DNA from: Mastigocoleus sp. | Lineage (GTDB): Bacteria; Cyanobacteriota; Cyanobacteriia; Cyanobacteriales; Nostocaceae | Length of the DNA: 64,000 bases | NCBI GenBank assembly: GCA_050042865.1 | Contig: JBHJJE010000084.1 | Span: 1 to 64,000, forward strand | Direction of reading: 5' to 3' | In this document: piece by piece, positions 29,543 through 40,798 of the stretch | Layout: the number at the start of each line of letters is the position of its first letter | Numbering within the stretch: position 1 is the first letter of the stretch | Program-made: the position numbers and the translations under genes | Notes under the pieces: model-generated | What the model was told of the DNA's origin: nothing | The model's input: the letters and a program-made list of their open reading frames with translations, nothing else | Databases searched by the model: none

Positions 29543-30469
29543 TTACTCTTCTTTCTCCAAACACCTTGAAAGTGTAGCGACAACAGATTCTCCAAGTGCA
29601 GCTAAATCGTAACCACCTTCTAAACCAAATAAAATATTGCTGGTAATTCCTAAACAATAATCTGTGAATACACCGTAGTCTTGGGGTTGTAAGTTGATAT
29701 TTGCTAGGGGGTCTGCTTGATTTGCATCGTATCCTGCACTAACTATAAGTAAGTCGGGATTAAATTCGGAGATAAAAGGAATTACTAATTTTTCAAATCC
29801 TTGTTGATAAACTTTTATATCATTGTTTGGTGGGATAGGAAGGTTTAAAACGTTGTTATGAAAACCTTTCTCTGTCATCTTCCCGGTTCCTGGATAACAG
29901 GGATATTGATGTAGGGAACAATAAATAATATTGGAATTATTCTCAACTATTGATTGGGTTCCGTTACCGTGATGTACGTCCCAGTCTAAAATAGCGACCC
30001 GATTAATGTCGGTTTTTTCTAAAGCATATAGGGCTGCGATCGCTGCATTACAGAACAGGCAAAAGCCCATCCCTGTCTCGCTTTCGGCGTGATGTCCTGG
30101 GGGACGCGCTAGTACAAAGGTTGGTTGGTTTGTTTCCCTAACTATGTCAACTCCATCTATCCAAGCATTTACTGCTAGTAAAGCTACATCATAACTACGA
30201 GGAGACACAACGGTGTCTGTGTCTATGTAACCACCACCTGTTGCTGCAATTTCTTTGACTTTCTGAATATATTTGGAAGTATGAACGGATTCAATAAAAG
30301 GTATTACAGGTCGCTGTTCTACCGGTGTTGGCTGTTTCCATTCAATTTTAGGAGCTATATCTGATGCTGCGATCGCTTGTTTAACTGCTGATAAACGTTC
30401 TGGTTTCTCTGGATGAAAGGGTCCAGTCTGGTGGTCTAAAAATTTTTCAGAAAATACGACGTTGAGCAT
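29543..30469 (-). CDS. histone deacetylase-family protein (acetoin utilization AcuC / acetylpolyamine amidohydrolase-like)
   Basis: ARPPGHHAE, AILDWDVHHGNGTQ, SAGYDA, EGGY motifs of the Zn-dependent HDAC/arginase-deacetylase fold. Confidence 0.85.
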   Translation of the reverse strand: MLNVVFSEKFLDHQTGPFHPEKPERLSAVKQAIAASDIAPKIEWKQPTPVEQRPVIPFIESVHTSKYIQKVKEIAATGGGYIDTDTVVSPRSYDVALLAVNAWIDGVDIVRETNQPTFVLARPPGHHAESETGMGFCLFCNAAIAALYALEKTDINRVAILDWDVHHGNGTQSIVENNSNIIYCSLHQYPCYPGTGKMTEKGFHNNVLNLPIPPNNDIKVYQQGFEKLVIPFISEFNPDLLIVSAGYDANQADPLANINLQPQDYGVFTDYCLGITSNILFGLEGGYDLAALGESVVATLSRCLEKEE

Positions 30470-31492
30470 AAGTTAATGATTATTTAGCAAGCAATAGATG
30501 TTGTTTTTTTTGACGGTCGCAATATCAGTAATAAATTTATATTATGATCTAAATAAACTGTCTCTAAATTCTGTTTGACAATTAATCTTTTAATCTCGCT
30601 ACATTTTAGCTTATAGCCTACTTTTTTTGAAAGCTATTTTTTCTTGGAATATATATTTTTAGCTAATATAATATTTTTTTATTCATAAAGATATGTTAGA
30701 TAAAAATAATATTTTTATTTCCTCCATTTTATTTTAATTGTTTGAAAATTATCTTTAGTTTTAATAATTATTTATTTCCTTGTTTTAATCTTTTTTATAT
30801 TAATTATATACATATTTTTTGTTCTTTTAATTTAGAAAAAAATACTGAGATATTCTTCCTGGGAGTATCTTATTTATACTACTATTAAAATATTTATCAT
30901 ATACATTCATGTTTATGTATAATATTTTCAATTTTTTGTATAGTAGAGCTTACAACTAAAATTATATAAAATAGGCTGCGGTATATATTTCTTTGTTTTT
31001 AAATTAAATTATCAAAATAAATGATTATTTTCTTACAAATAGCTACAATAATATATATTAATTAATTGTTGAAAATATATTAATTTCCCTGAAAGATAAA
31101 TGAAATATTAAAATATAATGTATAGATTTTAGATTATGTAATTTAATAAAAAAATCCAAAAAACAAAAGTAGAATGAGTAATTAGAGATGATTAATAATT
31201 AATAGAATTATGCAACTACTAAGTAGCTTTAAAAATATTTGGTAATTAGCATAAAATAATAAAAATGACGTGGAACTATCCCTATTTTCAATCTTTGAAA
31301 TAAGTCTAGCTATTAGCTGAAAAATTTTGTATTTTTATTTTTGATGTTTGACCGTACAAACTTTTCGTAAAAGTGGTATAAAATATGTTAGAATTATAGC
31401 AAATAATAGCGGTTATTCGATAGTTGTCTGGAATAATTATGCTTCATCGAATTTAAACGTTAAAATCTGCGATTTTTGGAGTTTTTTAGGTT

Positions 31493-34132
31493 ATGACGAC
31501 CTCTCAGGAGAGGATTATCCCAACCGATCTGCGTTCGGAGATGTCCCGGTCTTATCTAGAATACGCAATGAGCGTAATTGTAGGTCGGGCATTACCAGAT
31601 GCCAGGGATGGTCTTAAACCTGTGCATCGCCGCATTTTATACGCCATGCACGAATTGGGGTTAACCTCAGACCGTCCTTTTAGAAAGTGTGCCCGTGTAG
31701 TGGGGGAAGTATTAGGTAAGTACCACCCCCACGGTGATACGGCAGTGTATGATGCCTTAGTACGAATGGCACAGGATTTTTCCATGAGATCGCCATTGAT
31801 CCAAGGGCATGGTAACTTTGGCTCTGTGGATAACGATCCTCCAGCTGCGATGCGATATACAGAATGTCGCTTGCAAGCTTTGACAAGTGCTGCTTTACTC
31901 CAAGATATTGAGTCAGAAACAGTTGATTTTGCTGATAACTTTGATGGTTCACAACAAGAACCGACAGTTCTACCAGCAAGGATTCCACAGTTATTACTCA
32001 ATGGTTCTTCCGGTATTGCAGTGGGAATGGCAACTAACATTCCTCCCCATAATTTAGGTGAATTAATTGATGGTGTAGTTGCTCTGATAGAGAATTCCGA
32101 AATTACAGATTTGGACTTAATGAAGCACATCCCAGGACCTGATTTTCCTACAGGAAGTCAGATTTTGGGAACATCTGCAATTAAAGAAGCTTACACCACC
32201 GGACGGGGTTCAATAACCATGCGGGGTGTAGCAACAATTGAAACCATTGAACAGCGTGGAAGACCTGATAAAGATGCAATAATTGTTACCGAGCTTCCCT
32301 ATCAAACCAACAAAGCTGGAATGATCGAAAAGATAGCGGAGTTGGTAAATGATAAGAGAATCGATGGAATTTCTGATATTCGTGACGAAAGCGATCGCGA
32401 CGGGATGCGGATAGTCATCGAACTCAAGCGCGATGCTTATCCGAGGGTGGTTTTAAATAATCTCTATAAACAAACCCCGCTACAAACAAACTTCGGTGCA
32501 AATATGTTGGCTTTAGTAGATGGGGAACCCCAACTGCTGACCATCAAGAAATTTTTGGAAGTCTTTATAGATTTCCGCATCGAAGCAATTACCCGCAGGA
32601 CCCAATACGAACTTCGCAAAGCTGAAGAACGGGACCATATATTGCAGGGTTTATTAATTGCTCAGTCTCAGTTGGACTCAATTATTGCTCTTATTCGTAG
32701 TGCACCTGATGCACCGAGTGCAAAAGGAGAATTAATTTCGAGCTATGGTCTATCAGAAGTACAAGCAGATGCAATTTTGCAAATGCAGTTACGTCGTTTA
32801 ACAGCATTAGAAGCAGATAAAATCCGTCGAGAGCACGATGATTTACAAACTTTAATTGCTGATTTACGAGATATTTTAGCTAAGAGGGAAAGAATATTAG
32901 AAATCATTAAAGAAGAAGTTGAGCAAATAAAAACAACCCATGCAACACCAAGACGTACAGTTATTACCCATAGCGAAGGTGACTTACACGACCAAGACTT
33001 GATTGCAAATGAGAAAGCAATCATTCTTCTCACCGAACAAGGTTATATAAAAAGAATGCCGGTAAATACCTTTGAAGCTCAAAGTAGAGCTACTCGCGGT
33101 AAAGCTGCGGCAAAAGTTAAAGATAACGACACAATAGAACACTTCTTAACTTGTTGCGACCATGATAGCGTTCTATTTTTTAGCGAACGAGGAGTAGTAT
33201 ACTGCCTGAAGGCTTATCAAATACCCATTGGTTCTCGTACTAGTCGGGGTACTCCCATAGTACAAATGCTTCCTATCCCCAAGGAAGAGAAAATTACTTC
33301 TCTAGTTCCGGTAACAGAGTTTAGCAGTGACGAATATTTAGTCATGTTAACTCGTGGAGGTAATATCAAAAAAACTGCACTAGCAGCATTTAGTAATATC
33401 CGTTCCAATGGTTTAATTGCAATTTCTCTAGAAGAAGGCGATCAGTTACGATGGGTAAGACGCGCAAGAGCTGAAGACAGCGTAATTGTAGGTTCTAGGA
33501 AAGGAATGGCAATTCACTTCAAATGCAGTCACGAACAATTGCGTCCTTTAGGTCGAGCAACTAGGGGAGTAAAGTCCATGAAACTGCGACGGGATGGAGA
33601 CGAACTGGTAGGGATGGACATCTTACCAGCATCAGTACTTGCCACCTTAAATTTGGAAAATAACCAAATCGATGCTCAAATTGATACTCAGGTAGAAGAA
33701 GTTGAAATCGATACTCAAGTAGAAGAAGTTGAAACTGAAGAAGCAACAGAAATTAGTTCAGGTAATGAAACCGGACTTTGGGTATTAGTAATTACAACTG
33801 GAGGTTACGGAAAACGCGTACCCGTCGAACAATTTAGATTGCAAAATCGAGCCGGACAGGGTTTAATGGCTACTAAATTCAAGAATAAGAATGCCGAAGA
33901 CCAAATGGCAACCCTGCATATTGTCAATGACGAAGATGAGATTATGATGGTGACAAATCGCGGTATTATTATCCGTCAAGCAGTTAACGCCATATCTATC
34001 CAATCACGAGCTGCAACTGGAGTTCGGGTACAGCGTCTTGATAAAGCAGATGCAATTACAGGTGTTGCAATTGTCCCACCAGATACAGTTGATGACACAG
34101 AAACAGACGACGAAGAATACGAAGAAGACTAA
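31493..34132 (+). CDS. gyrA: DNA gyrase subunit A (with an acidic insertion containing a 27-bp in-frame tandem duplication)
   Basis: [21 protein letters not shown], active-site region AAMRYTE, six C-terminal beta-pinwheel repeats; insert ...[22 protein letters not shown] at about 33.65-33.76 kb. Confidence 0.95.
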   Translation: MTTSQERIIPTDLRSEMSRSYLEYAMSVIVGRALPDARDGLKPVHRRILYAMHELGLTSDRPFRKCARVVGEVLGKYHPHGDTAVYDALVRMAQDFSMRSPLIQGHGNFGSVDNDPPAAMRYTECRLQALTSAALLQDIESETVDFADNFDGSQQEPTVLPARIPQLLLNGSSGIAVGMATNIPPHNLGELIDGVVALIENSEITDLDLMKHIPGPDFPTGSQILGTSAIKEAYTTGRGSITMRGVATIETIEQRGRPDKDAIIVTELPYQTNKAGMIEKIAELVNDKRIDGISDIRDESDRDGMRIVIELKRDAYPRVVLNNLYKQTPLQTNFGANMLALVDGEPQLLTIKKFLEVFIDFRIEAITRRTQYELRKAEERDHILQGLLIAQSQLDSIIALIRSAPDAPSAKGELISSYGLSEVQADAILQMQLRRLTALEADKIRREHDDLQTLIADLRDILAKRERILEIIKEEVEQIKTTHATPRRTVITHSEGDLHDQDLIANEKAIILLTEQGYIKRMPVNTFEAQSRATRGKAAAKVKDNDTIEHFLTCCDHDSVLFFSERGVVYCLKAYQIPIGSRTSRGTPIVQMLPIPKEEKITSLVPVTEFSSDEYLVMLTRGGNIKKTALAAFSNIRSNGLIAISLEEGDQLRWVRRARAEDSVIVGSRKGMAIHFKCSHEQLRPLGRATRGVKSMKLRRDGDELVGMDILPASVLATLNLENNQIDAQIDTQVEEVEIDTQVEEVETEEATEISSGNETGLWVLVITTGGYGKRVPVEQFRLQNRAGQGLMATKFKNKNAEDQMATLHIVNDEDEIMMVTNRGIIIRQAVNAISIQSRAATGVRVQRLDKADAITGVAIVPPDTVDDTETDDEEYEED

Positions 34133-34156
34133 AAAACTACAAATAGGAGTAAAGAA

Positions 34157-35764
34157 GTGATGAGTTTAGATATTTCTCGATTTTGGAAAACTCAAAGCTT
34201 CGTGCTCCTTATATCCTTAGTCAGTGGTATTTTGATGGGAGTAACTGTTGCTCCCGTAAATGCCTTTTTTTTCGCGTGGTTAGCATTTGCACCTTTTTGG
34301 GTGTTAGTGACTCAAAACCGCACTCATAATCGTACATGGTTAATTGCTTTTTGCTGGGGAATAGGTTATTACGGCTTTACTTTAGCCTGGATAACCGGTA
34401 TTCATCCCATGACTTGGATGGGAGTTCCTTGGGTTGCAAGTCTGGCGATCGCGGTTTTTTGTTTGACCTTCATTACCATGTGGGGTACAGCTTTAGCGAT
34501 TACCTGGTCGATTATTTTTCGCTGGATAGCTACGAAAAAATTAGTAACTGACAATGGATTTATTCGAGTTTTAATTGGTACTGCTTTGTGGTGTACCCTA
34601 GAAGCAATTTGGAGTAGCGGACCATTATGGTGGAGTACTCTTGCTTATACACAGAGTCCCCATAACCTAGTAATTTTACATCTAGGTCAAATTTCTGGTA
34701 CTACTACCGTCACTGCAACAATTGTAGCAGTTAACGGTTTGATAGCAGAATCTTGGATAAAGCTAAGAAATAAACAATCCAGAAATAATCAAGTAAATCA
34801 AACAAATCAAACAAATCAAACAAATCACAAGATTCTTGCACTGAGTGCTTTTTTGTTATTTACCACATCCCACCTCTTAGGTTTTTGGCTATATGGTATT
34901 CCCCTCAATGATTCACCATCATCAGCTCTGAAAGTTGGGATTATTCAGGGTAACGTACCCAATAAAATTAAACTGAAACCAGAAGGATTTCGACGAGCGA
35001 TCGCTGGTTATACCGAAGGATATTTAGACTTAGTAAACCAAGGTGTAGAAGCAGTACTTACACCAGAAGGAGCATTACCATTTTACGAAGACGAGATAGT
35101 AAAAAGTTCCTTAGTTGCAGCAGTTAAAGATAAAGGTATAACAGCATGGATTGGGGGTTTCGGTTCTCGAAAAGATAAATCTACCTATACCAACAGCTTA
35201 TTTACATTTACAGCAGATGGTGAGATTTTCAGCCGTTATGATAAAGCAAAGCTAGTACCTTTAGGGGAATACGTACCCTTCCGAAATATTATTGGTGGAT
35301 TAGTCAGACGTTTATCACCATTAGATGAACATCAAGTTCCCGGAAGTCAGGAGCAAATATTTAATACCCCATTTGGAAAAGCGATCGCGGTTATTTGTTA
35401 TGGTTCCGCATTCCCAGAACTGTTTCGATATCAAGCAGCAGCAGGGGGAGAATTCATTCTCAGTTCAGCAAATAACTCTCACTATTCAGAATCAATGCCA
35501 GCTCAACATCATGCTCAAGATATCATGAGAGCAATTGAAACCGATAGATGGGCAGTTAGAGCAACAAATACAGGGTATTCCAGCATTGTAGACCCTCATG
35601 GTAAAACATTATGGTTATCGGGAATAGATATTTATCAAATCCATGCAGATACAGTTTATCGTCGGCAGACTCAAACTTTATATGTGCGTTGGGGTGATTG
35701 GTTAACTCCTGTATTATTATTTCTAGCTGGTCTGAGTTGGTTTTTGGAAACTAGAAGAGTGTAG
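34157..35764 (+). CDS. lnt: apolipoprotein N-acyltransferase (Lnt): N-terminal polytopic domain + C-terminal CN-hydrolase domain
   Basis: 6+ TM helices then nitrilase-like domain with E/K/C triad context (AVICYGSAFPE); contains NQVNQTNQTNQTNH from tandem 9-mers caaacaaat. Confidence 0.75.
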   Translation: MMSLDISRFWKTQSFVLLISLVSGILMGVTVAPVNAFFFAWLAFAPFWVLVTQNRTHNRTWLIAFCWGIGYYGFTLAWITGIHPMTWMGVPWVASLAIAVFCLTFITMWGTALAITWSIIFRWIATKKLVTDNGFIRVLIGTALWCTLEAIWSSGPLWWSTLAYTQSPHNLVILHLGQISGTTTVTATIVAVNGLIAESWIKLRNKQSRNNQVNQTNQTNQTNHKILALSAFLLFTTSHLLGFWLYGIPLNDSPSSALKVGIIQGNVPNKIKLKPEGFRRAIAGYTEGYLDLVNQGVEAVLTPEGALPFYEDEIVKSSLVAAVKDKGITAWIGGFGSRKDKSTYTNSLFTFTADGEIFSRYDKAKLVPLGEYVPFRNIIGGLVRRLSPLDEHQVPGSQEQIFNTPFGKAIAVICYGSAFPELFRYQAAAGGEFILSSANNSHYSESMPAQHHAQDIMRAIETDRWAVRATNTGYSSIVDPHGKTLWLSGIDIYQIHADTVYRRQTQTLYVRWGDWLTPVLLFLAGLSWFLETRRV

Positions 35765-35784
35765 AAAGAGAGCAAATCTGATAT

Positions 35785-35822
<38 letters not shown>

Positions 35823-36380
35823 TTATTTACGGGAAGTGATATACATTTTTAAGGGTATAAGATGTGTATCCAATTAACGGGACTTAAACAGAAAAGATGT
35901 AAGATTCATATTCCAAGAAGAATAAAAATATTGTTAAATCTTTAATTCAATATTTTACAATGTGCTTTTTATAACAAGAAACATTGAATTTCATATTATA
36001 AACTCTTGGATAAGATTGCAATCAACATAATACTAATAAATTAATCAGTCCATTGAGTTCTCTGTTTACTCTATTTTATAATTTGGGAATCATTATATTG
36101 ACAGTTATATATTAAGAGGTTTTTTGTTACTCTTTGCCCATGTAACAGTACATAACGAAGCCCTTTCTTAAGCTATATATGCCACAACTAAGTAGGACAA
36201 GGGAAATTATTTAGAACTCATGTCTATAAAGGTGAAGTTAACAATTTTGGCAAGTCATATCTCAGCTTTAATTAAGAAAAGTTAAAATATGCGTTTTTTA
36301 TCTATGGAAGGCTGAATGCTTATTAAGAATCTAAATATAAAATCTCAATATAAAATCTCAAGTAAACAACAAAATTAACC

Positions 36381-38279
36381 ATGAATTCCGTATCATCAAA
36401 GAACGAAGAAAATTTTTTACCTATCAATGAGCTAGAAAACTCTAGAGGTAAATACAAATATAACTATACTCGCATTCCACCCATAGCAATGGTGGATGAG
36501 CTTCCAAATGAAGAAAATTTTTCTACTGATTGGTTGCGTTTGGTAGCAAAAGAGTTAAAAGTAATTTTCGTTAATGCTTTAATTGCAAACCGAGGAAATC
36601 AGGGTTCCCAGAAGGTTGATGATGACATCAGATTATTTATTCTAGAAGTCATATTAAAGGGAGCATTACCATTCCAATTAAGTGTTTTTGCAAGGGTAAT
36701 GCAAATTATTCCCAAAATATTGTTGCAAGGAATATCAAAAGATTACCAAGAAATAGACGAATTGTTCTTTTCCGCTCTCAAAGAAAGTGGACTCTCAATT
36801 TTCCGAGATTCTTTCAACCGAATTGAGGAGTTAATTTCTCAAGGACAACCTAGTGGACATGTTGGGAAAATACAGGACTACAATAAGCTGTTTCCTATTA
36901 TGGAACTTCCAGATATTGCAAATACATTCACTGAAGATGAAGTTTTTGCTTATACACGAGTCGCTGGTTATAATCCCGTAGTTATTCAAGTAGTCAAGAA
37001 TTTGGGAGACAGATTTCCAGTTACAGAGGCACAGTATCAAGAAGTAATGGGAAGCGGAGACTCCTTAGCAGCAGCAGGAGAAGAAGGAAGACTTTATTTA
37101 GCTGATTATGGCATTTTAGAAGGTGCAATTAATGGTACATTTCCTAACCAACAGAAGTATATTTGTGCTCCTTTAGCATTATTTGCAGTTCCTAAAAAAG
37201 AAAATGAAAATGACTCTGGTTTAATGCGTCCCGTTGCAATTCAGTGTGGTCAAGACCCAGAAAGTACACCAATTTTAACCCCTAAATCAGACAAATATGC
37301 TTGGTTGTTTGCAAAAACTATAGTCCAAATAGCAGATGCTAATCACCACGAAGCAGTAACTCACTTAGGACGCACTCATCTATTCGTCGGACCTTTTGCG
37401 ATCGCAACCCATCGTCAATTACCAAAACACCATCCCCTACATATTTTGCTAATTCCTCATTTTGCAGGTACTCTTGCAATCAATGATTCAGCTCAAAGGG
37501 TTCTGATAGCTCCTGGTGGTGGTGTTGATGAGTTATTAGCATCCACAATCGATAATTCGCGGGTTTTAGCAGGAGCAGGATTACAAAGTTATGGTTTCAA
37601 TGATGCAATGTTACCAAAACAATTTAAAAAACGTGGTGTGGATGATAGCAAAAAACTGCCAGTATATCCATATCGGGATGATGCTCTACTGATTTGGAAT
37701 GCTATTCATCAGTGGGTTTCAGATTATTTAGGAATTTACTATAAAAACAATAACGATATTCAAAATGATAAATATCTCCAAGCATGGGCTATAGAAGTTG
37801 GGGCTTATAATGGTGGAAGAGTCCCAGATTTTGGTCAAAAAGATGGGGGAATCCAAACTTTAGATTACTTGATTGATGCTGTAACGTTAATTATTTTTAC
37901 TGCTAGTGCTCAACATGCAGCTGTAAATTTTCCTCAAAAAGATATGATGAGTTATGCCCCTGCAATACCTTTAGCAGGCTATCAACCAGCCTCACTTCTG
38001 AAAGATGGAGTTACAGAACAAGACTATCTCAATTTACTTCCACCTTTAGAACAAGCACAAGGACAATTAAATTTAGTTACTTTACTAGGTTCAATTTATT
38101 ATACTAGATTAGGTAATTATGAAGAAGAATACTTTAAGGACAATTTAGTAGAAGAAGCTTTGCAGACATTTCAAAATAGTTTACGGGATATAGAAGACAC
38201 TATTAATCAACGTAATCAAACTCGTCTTACCTATGAATATCTTCTACCTTCAAGAATTCCTCAAAGCATCAATATTTAA
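36381..38279 (+). CDS. lipoxygenase (bacterial mini-LOX lacking PLAT domain, helical N-terminal extension)
   Basis: LOX catalytic-helix motif HEAVTHLGRTHLFVGPFAIATHRQLPKHHPLHILLIPH (two iron-ligand His 5 apart), second ligand motif SAQHAAVNFPQ (His/Asn), C-terminal Ile (…PQSINI). Confidence 0.88.
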   Translation: MNSVSSKNEENFLPINELENSRGKYKYNYTRIPPIAMVDELPNEENFSTDWLRLVAKELKVIFVNALIANRGNQGSQKVDDDIRLFILEVILKGALPFQLSVFARVMQIIPKILLQGISKDYQEIDELFFSALKESGLSIFRDSFNRIEELISQGQPSGHVGKIQDYNKLFPIMELPDIANTFTEDEVFAYTRVAGYNPVVIQVVKNLGDRFPVTEAQYQEVMGSGDSLAAAGEEGRLYLADYGILEGAINGTFPNQQKYICAPLALFAVPKKENENDSGLMRPVAIQCGQDPESTPILTPKSDKYAWLFAKTIVQIADANHHEAVTHLGRTHLFVGPFAIATHRQLPKHHPLHILLIPHFAGTLAINDSAQRVLIAPGGGVDELLASTIDNSRVLAGAGLQSYGFNDAMLPKQFKKRGVDDSKKLPVYPYRDDALLIWNAIHQWVSDYLGIYYKNNNDIQNDKYLQAWAIEVGAYNGGRVPDFGQKDGGIQTLDYLIDAVTLIIFTASAQHAAVNFPQKDMMSYAPAIPLAGYQPASLLKDGVTEQDYLNLLPPLEQAQGQLNLVTLLGSIYYTRLGNYEEEYFKDNLVEEALQTFQNSLRDIEDTINQRNQTRLTYEYLLPSRIPQSINI

Positions 38280-38739
38280 AAATTTTAAAAATAGCTCTTG
38301 TAGCGTTGTTTGTATTGCTGGGAAAATACATAAATAACTATTGTAGTTTTTACGGTCGATAAATGATGAATTAGAATACCATAGTTTACTAAAAGGAAAA
38401 AACAGGTTACAAGAAGCAGAAAAAATATCCTAAACAGCTAGAAGGTCGCGATATTAAGAATTTTTCCTCAAATTCAAAGTTATTGGCAACTACTTCTACA
38501 TATTAAATCATCTATTCAATCATTTACTCGTGAGGCGATCGCGTATTGTAGTTATGTAAAAATATCAACAAAGAATATAAATATTTACTATAAGCAATTA
38601 TTTATAGTTTACCTAGAGTAATTTACAGTTACTTTTAAGATGATGATTTCTCAACTGGATATATTCTAATCCGATAATACATTAGATATTTTCACTTTTT
38701 TGCAATTATCGACTAAATTACCAACAATCAGGGAAAAAA

Positions 38740-40086
38740 ATGGCAATTAAAGAACAAGTAATTAAAGCGCAAAAACGTCAAATCCAACTCACAAGTACTT
38801 TAGCAAAAGTAGGTTATGACAGTGCAATTGGTAAACTACTGCGTTTGCGAGTTTATTATCTAGATGCTTTTATTATGCTCAGAAAATTAAAAAGTTTTCT
38901 GGAAACAGCAAAAGAAAATATCGGAAATAAGTTTTTTGCAGTAGACCAAGCAATTGTTAATACCTCCCACGAAGATGTTAAAGAAATAATGCAAGTCGAA
39001 CCTCAACTACGAGGGAATGATTTAGGTATTATCAGAATATTAGCTCCTAGTTACCTACTCAATAATCCTTTGAGTTTAGGTATGAATGGAACCGAACATA
39101 GCGGTGCTCGTGCGATATTTTTACAAGCTTTACCAGAACCATCCGAAGATATCAAAAAAATTAGCAGTCTAGTTGATGAATGTTTATCTGAAGCTGCAAA
39201 AAAAGGCGAATTACATATTGGTAAAGACTTACCAAGAATGATATTGAAAATTTTGCATGAATTGGTTTTTCAAATTTCACTATCAGATAAAGAAATTACC
39301 GCATCCAATAACTTCATTCAACGTCTATCTTTAGCATCCTTACCAAATTTTATCAGCAAGTACTTACTTTGGATAATTACATCTCCAGTTATCAAACATC
39401 GTAAATATTTAATTGAACAATACCAAAGCTCTTCAAAATGGTCATCTTACTTTGCAATTGGTAGTAGATACGATTTGAATGAACATCAAATAGCCAATAT
39501 CCTTTTTGATATGATTCACATAGCTGGAACCGCAGGTTCTAGTGCGCTTTTAGGTTCTGTAATTGGTGTTCTGTGTCTGGATGAAGAGTTGAGAAATCGA
39601 GTCACATCAGAGGTTAATGATATTTGGGGAGAACAAACAAGCTTAAACTCAAATGCATTAGAAGAATCAAAGTTAATCAACAAAACTATTTTAGAAACCG
39701 CTCGTCTGTATCCTGCAGTTCGATTTGTTAGTCAACTAGCAAAAGAAGAAGGAGAAATCGAAGTCGGAGAAGTAAAGTGTCCTTTCCAAAAAGGTACTCG
39801 TTTACTTGGTTCTATTTTGACAGCAAATAGAGATTCTCAAAGATATGAAAATCCTGAAGAATTTAATATAGAGCGGGATTTTTCAGATATTTTATCGTGG
39901 AACGGGCAGGAACATGAAAGGGCTTGTCCTGGAAGAAGTTTATCTATTGGTTTGATTAATATTTTCTGTTTATATTTATTCAAACAATATAAGTGGGAAT
40001 CAACCACACAAGTGGAATGGGAACTTGAAAGAGTGACTGCTGTAACCCCGAATGATTTGGTCTTACAGGGATTTGCAAAACGATGA
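38740..40086 (+). CDS. cytochrome P450, non-classical (no acid-alcohol pair in I-helix; CYP74-clan-like candidate fatty-acid hydroperoxide-transforming enzyme)
   Basis: ExxR ETARLYPAVRF, PERF-like NPEEFNIERDF, heme-ligand loop WNGQEHERACPGRSLS (Cys-Pro-Gly, 2-aa longer than canonical FxxGxRxCxG); I-helix IHIAGTAGSSALLG lacks D/E-T pair; lies 460 bp downstream of LOX on the same strand. Confidence 0.7.
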   Translation: MAIKEQVIKAQKRQIQLTSTLAKVGYDSAIGKLLRLRVYYLDAFIMLRKLKSFLETAKENIGNKFFAVDQAIVNTSHEDVKEIMQVEPQLRGNDLGIIRILAPSYLLNNPLSLGMNGTEHSGARAIFLQALPEPSEDIKKISSLVDECLSEAAKKGELHIGKDLPRMILKILHELVFQISLSDKEITASNNFIQRLSLASLPNFISKYLLWIITSPVIKHRKYLIEQYQSSSKWSSYFAIGSRYDLNEHQIANILFDMIHIAGTAGSSALLGSVIGVLCLDEELRNRVTSEVNDIWGEQTSLNSNALEESKLINKTILETARLYPAVRFVSQLAKEEGEIEVGEVKCPFQKGTRLLGSILTANRDSQRYENPEEFNIERDFSDILSWNGQEHERACPGRSLSIGLINIFCLYLFKQYKWESTTQVEWELERVTAVTPNDLVLQGFAKR

Positions 40087-40216
40087 TTGACGGATGAGGG
40101 TTAATGGTGGATGGATAATGTATGAGTATTAATTATTACATGTACAGCGCATAAACTATTAATCATCAACTAACAACCATCAACCATTAACCAACAACTA
40201 TCAAGCAACAACTAAA

Positions 40217-40798
40217 ATGACTTTAAAAATTGAGAAGAAACAATTCCAGAATATTGCGACTTGGATGAAACCAGTCAAGGAGACAAATCTACCGGATATC
40301 CTCAAAGGGGTATTCTTCATGGATGGTAATCCCCTTCCTGATGATTGCATCACTATGTATAACTTGGAATGGGATGCAGAAAATAAAGCTTTGTCTTTAC
40401 CAGTTTTCGGAGAAGCACAATGGACTTTTCATACTTCTATTGGGGGACGTATACTACTTATCGGTTCTTGGTTAGCTCGCTTTACCTATACAATTCAATT
40501 TGAAGATGAAGCTGAAGAAGGAAAACTAAGGCGATCGCAAATTATACCTTTTGCATTTGGGATCAGAATTCCGAAATGGATAATTAATCCAACAATGTGT
40601 CAAGAAAAAGACTCTGAAAACGGTGATACTTGGGCACGTACAAATATCTGGTTTGGTATTATTCCTCGTATTGGTAACTATACCCTTCGTAGAATTGTGA
40701 ATGAAGATGGTAGTTATACACCAGCTTTTAAGGATATGCTCAGCGTTGTTGACGAAGAATGTTTAATAGTTGCTTCATCCTCCTCTACAGATAACTAA
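40217..40798 (+). CDS. hypothetical protein, co-directional 130 bp downstream of the P450 (likely third gene of the LOX-P450 unit)
   Basis: 193-aa ORF, predicted beta-rich, no recognisable motif. Confidence 0.5.
   Translation: MTLKIEKKQFQNIATWMKPVKETNLPDILKGVFFMDGNPLPDDCITMYNLEWDAENKALSLPVFGEAQWTFHTSIGGRILLIGSWLARFTYTIQFEDEAEEGKLRRSQIIPFAFGIRIPKWIINPTMCQEKDSENGDTWARTNIWFGIIPRIGNYTLRRIVNEDGSYTPAFKDMLSVVDEECLIVASSSSTDN

Noticed and set aside
31348-31617. 89-aa ORF upstream of and overlapping the gyrA start
   Set aside because: It lies in the AT-rich leader, overlaps the real gyrA start in another frame, and shows no homology signal.
40217-40798. Assigning the 193-aa protein as an allene-oxide-cyclase/lipocalin homologue
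   Set aside because: This was an attractive guess from context (LOX + AOS-like P450), but I see no sequence motif supporting it. It is kept as a hypothetical.
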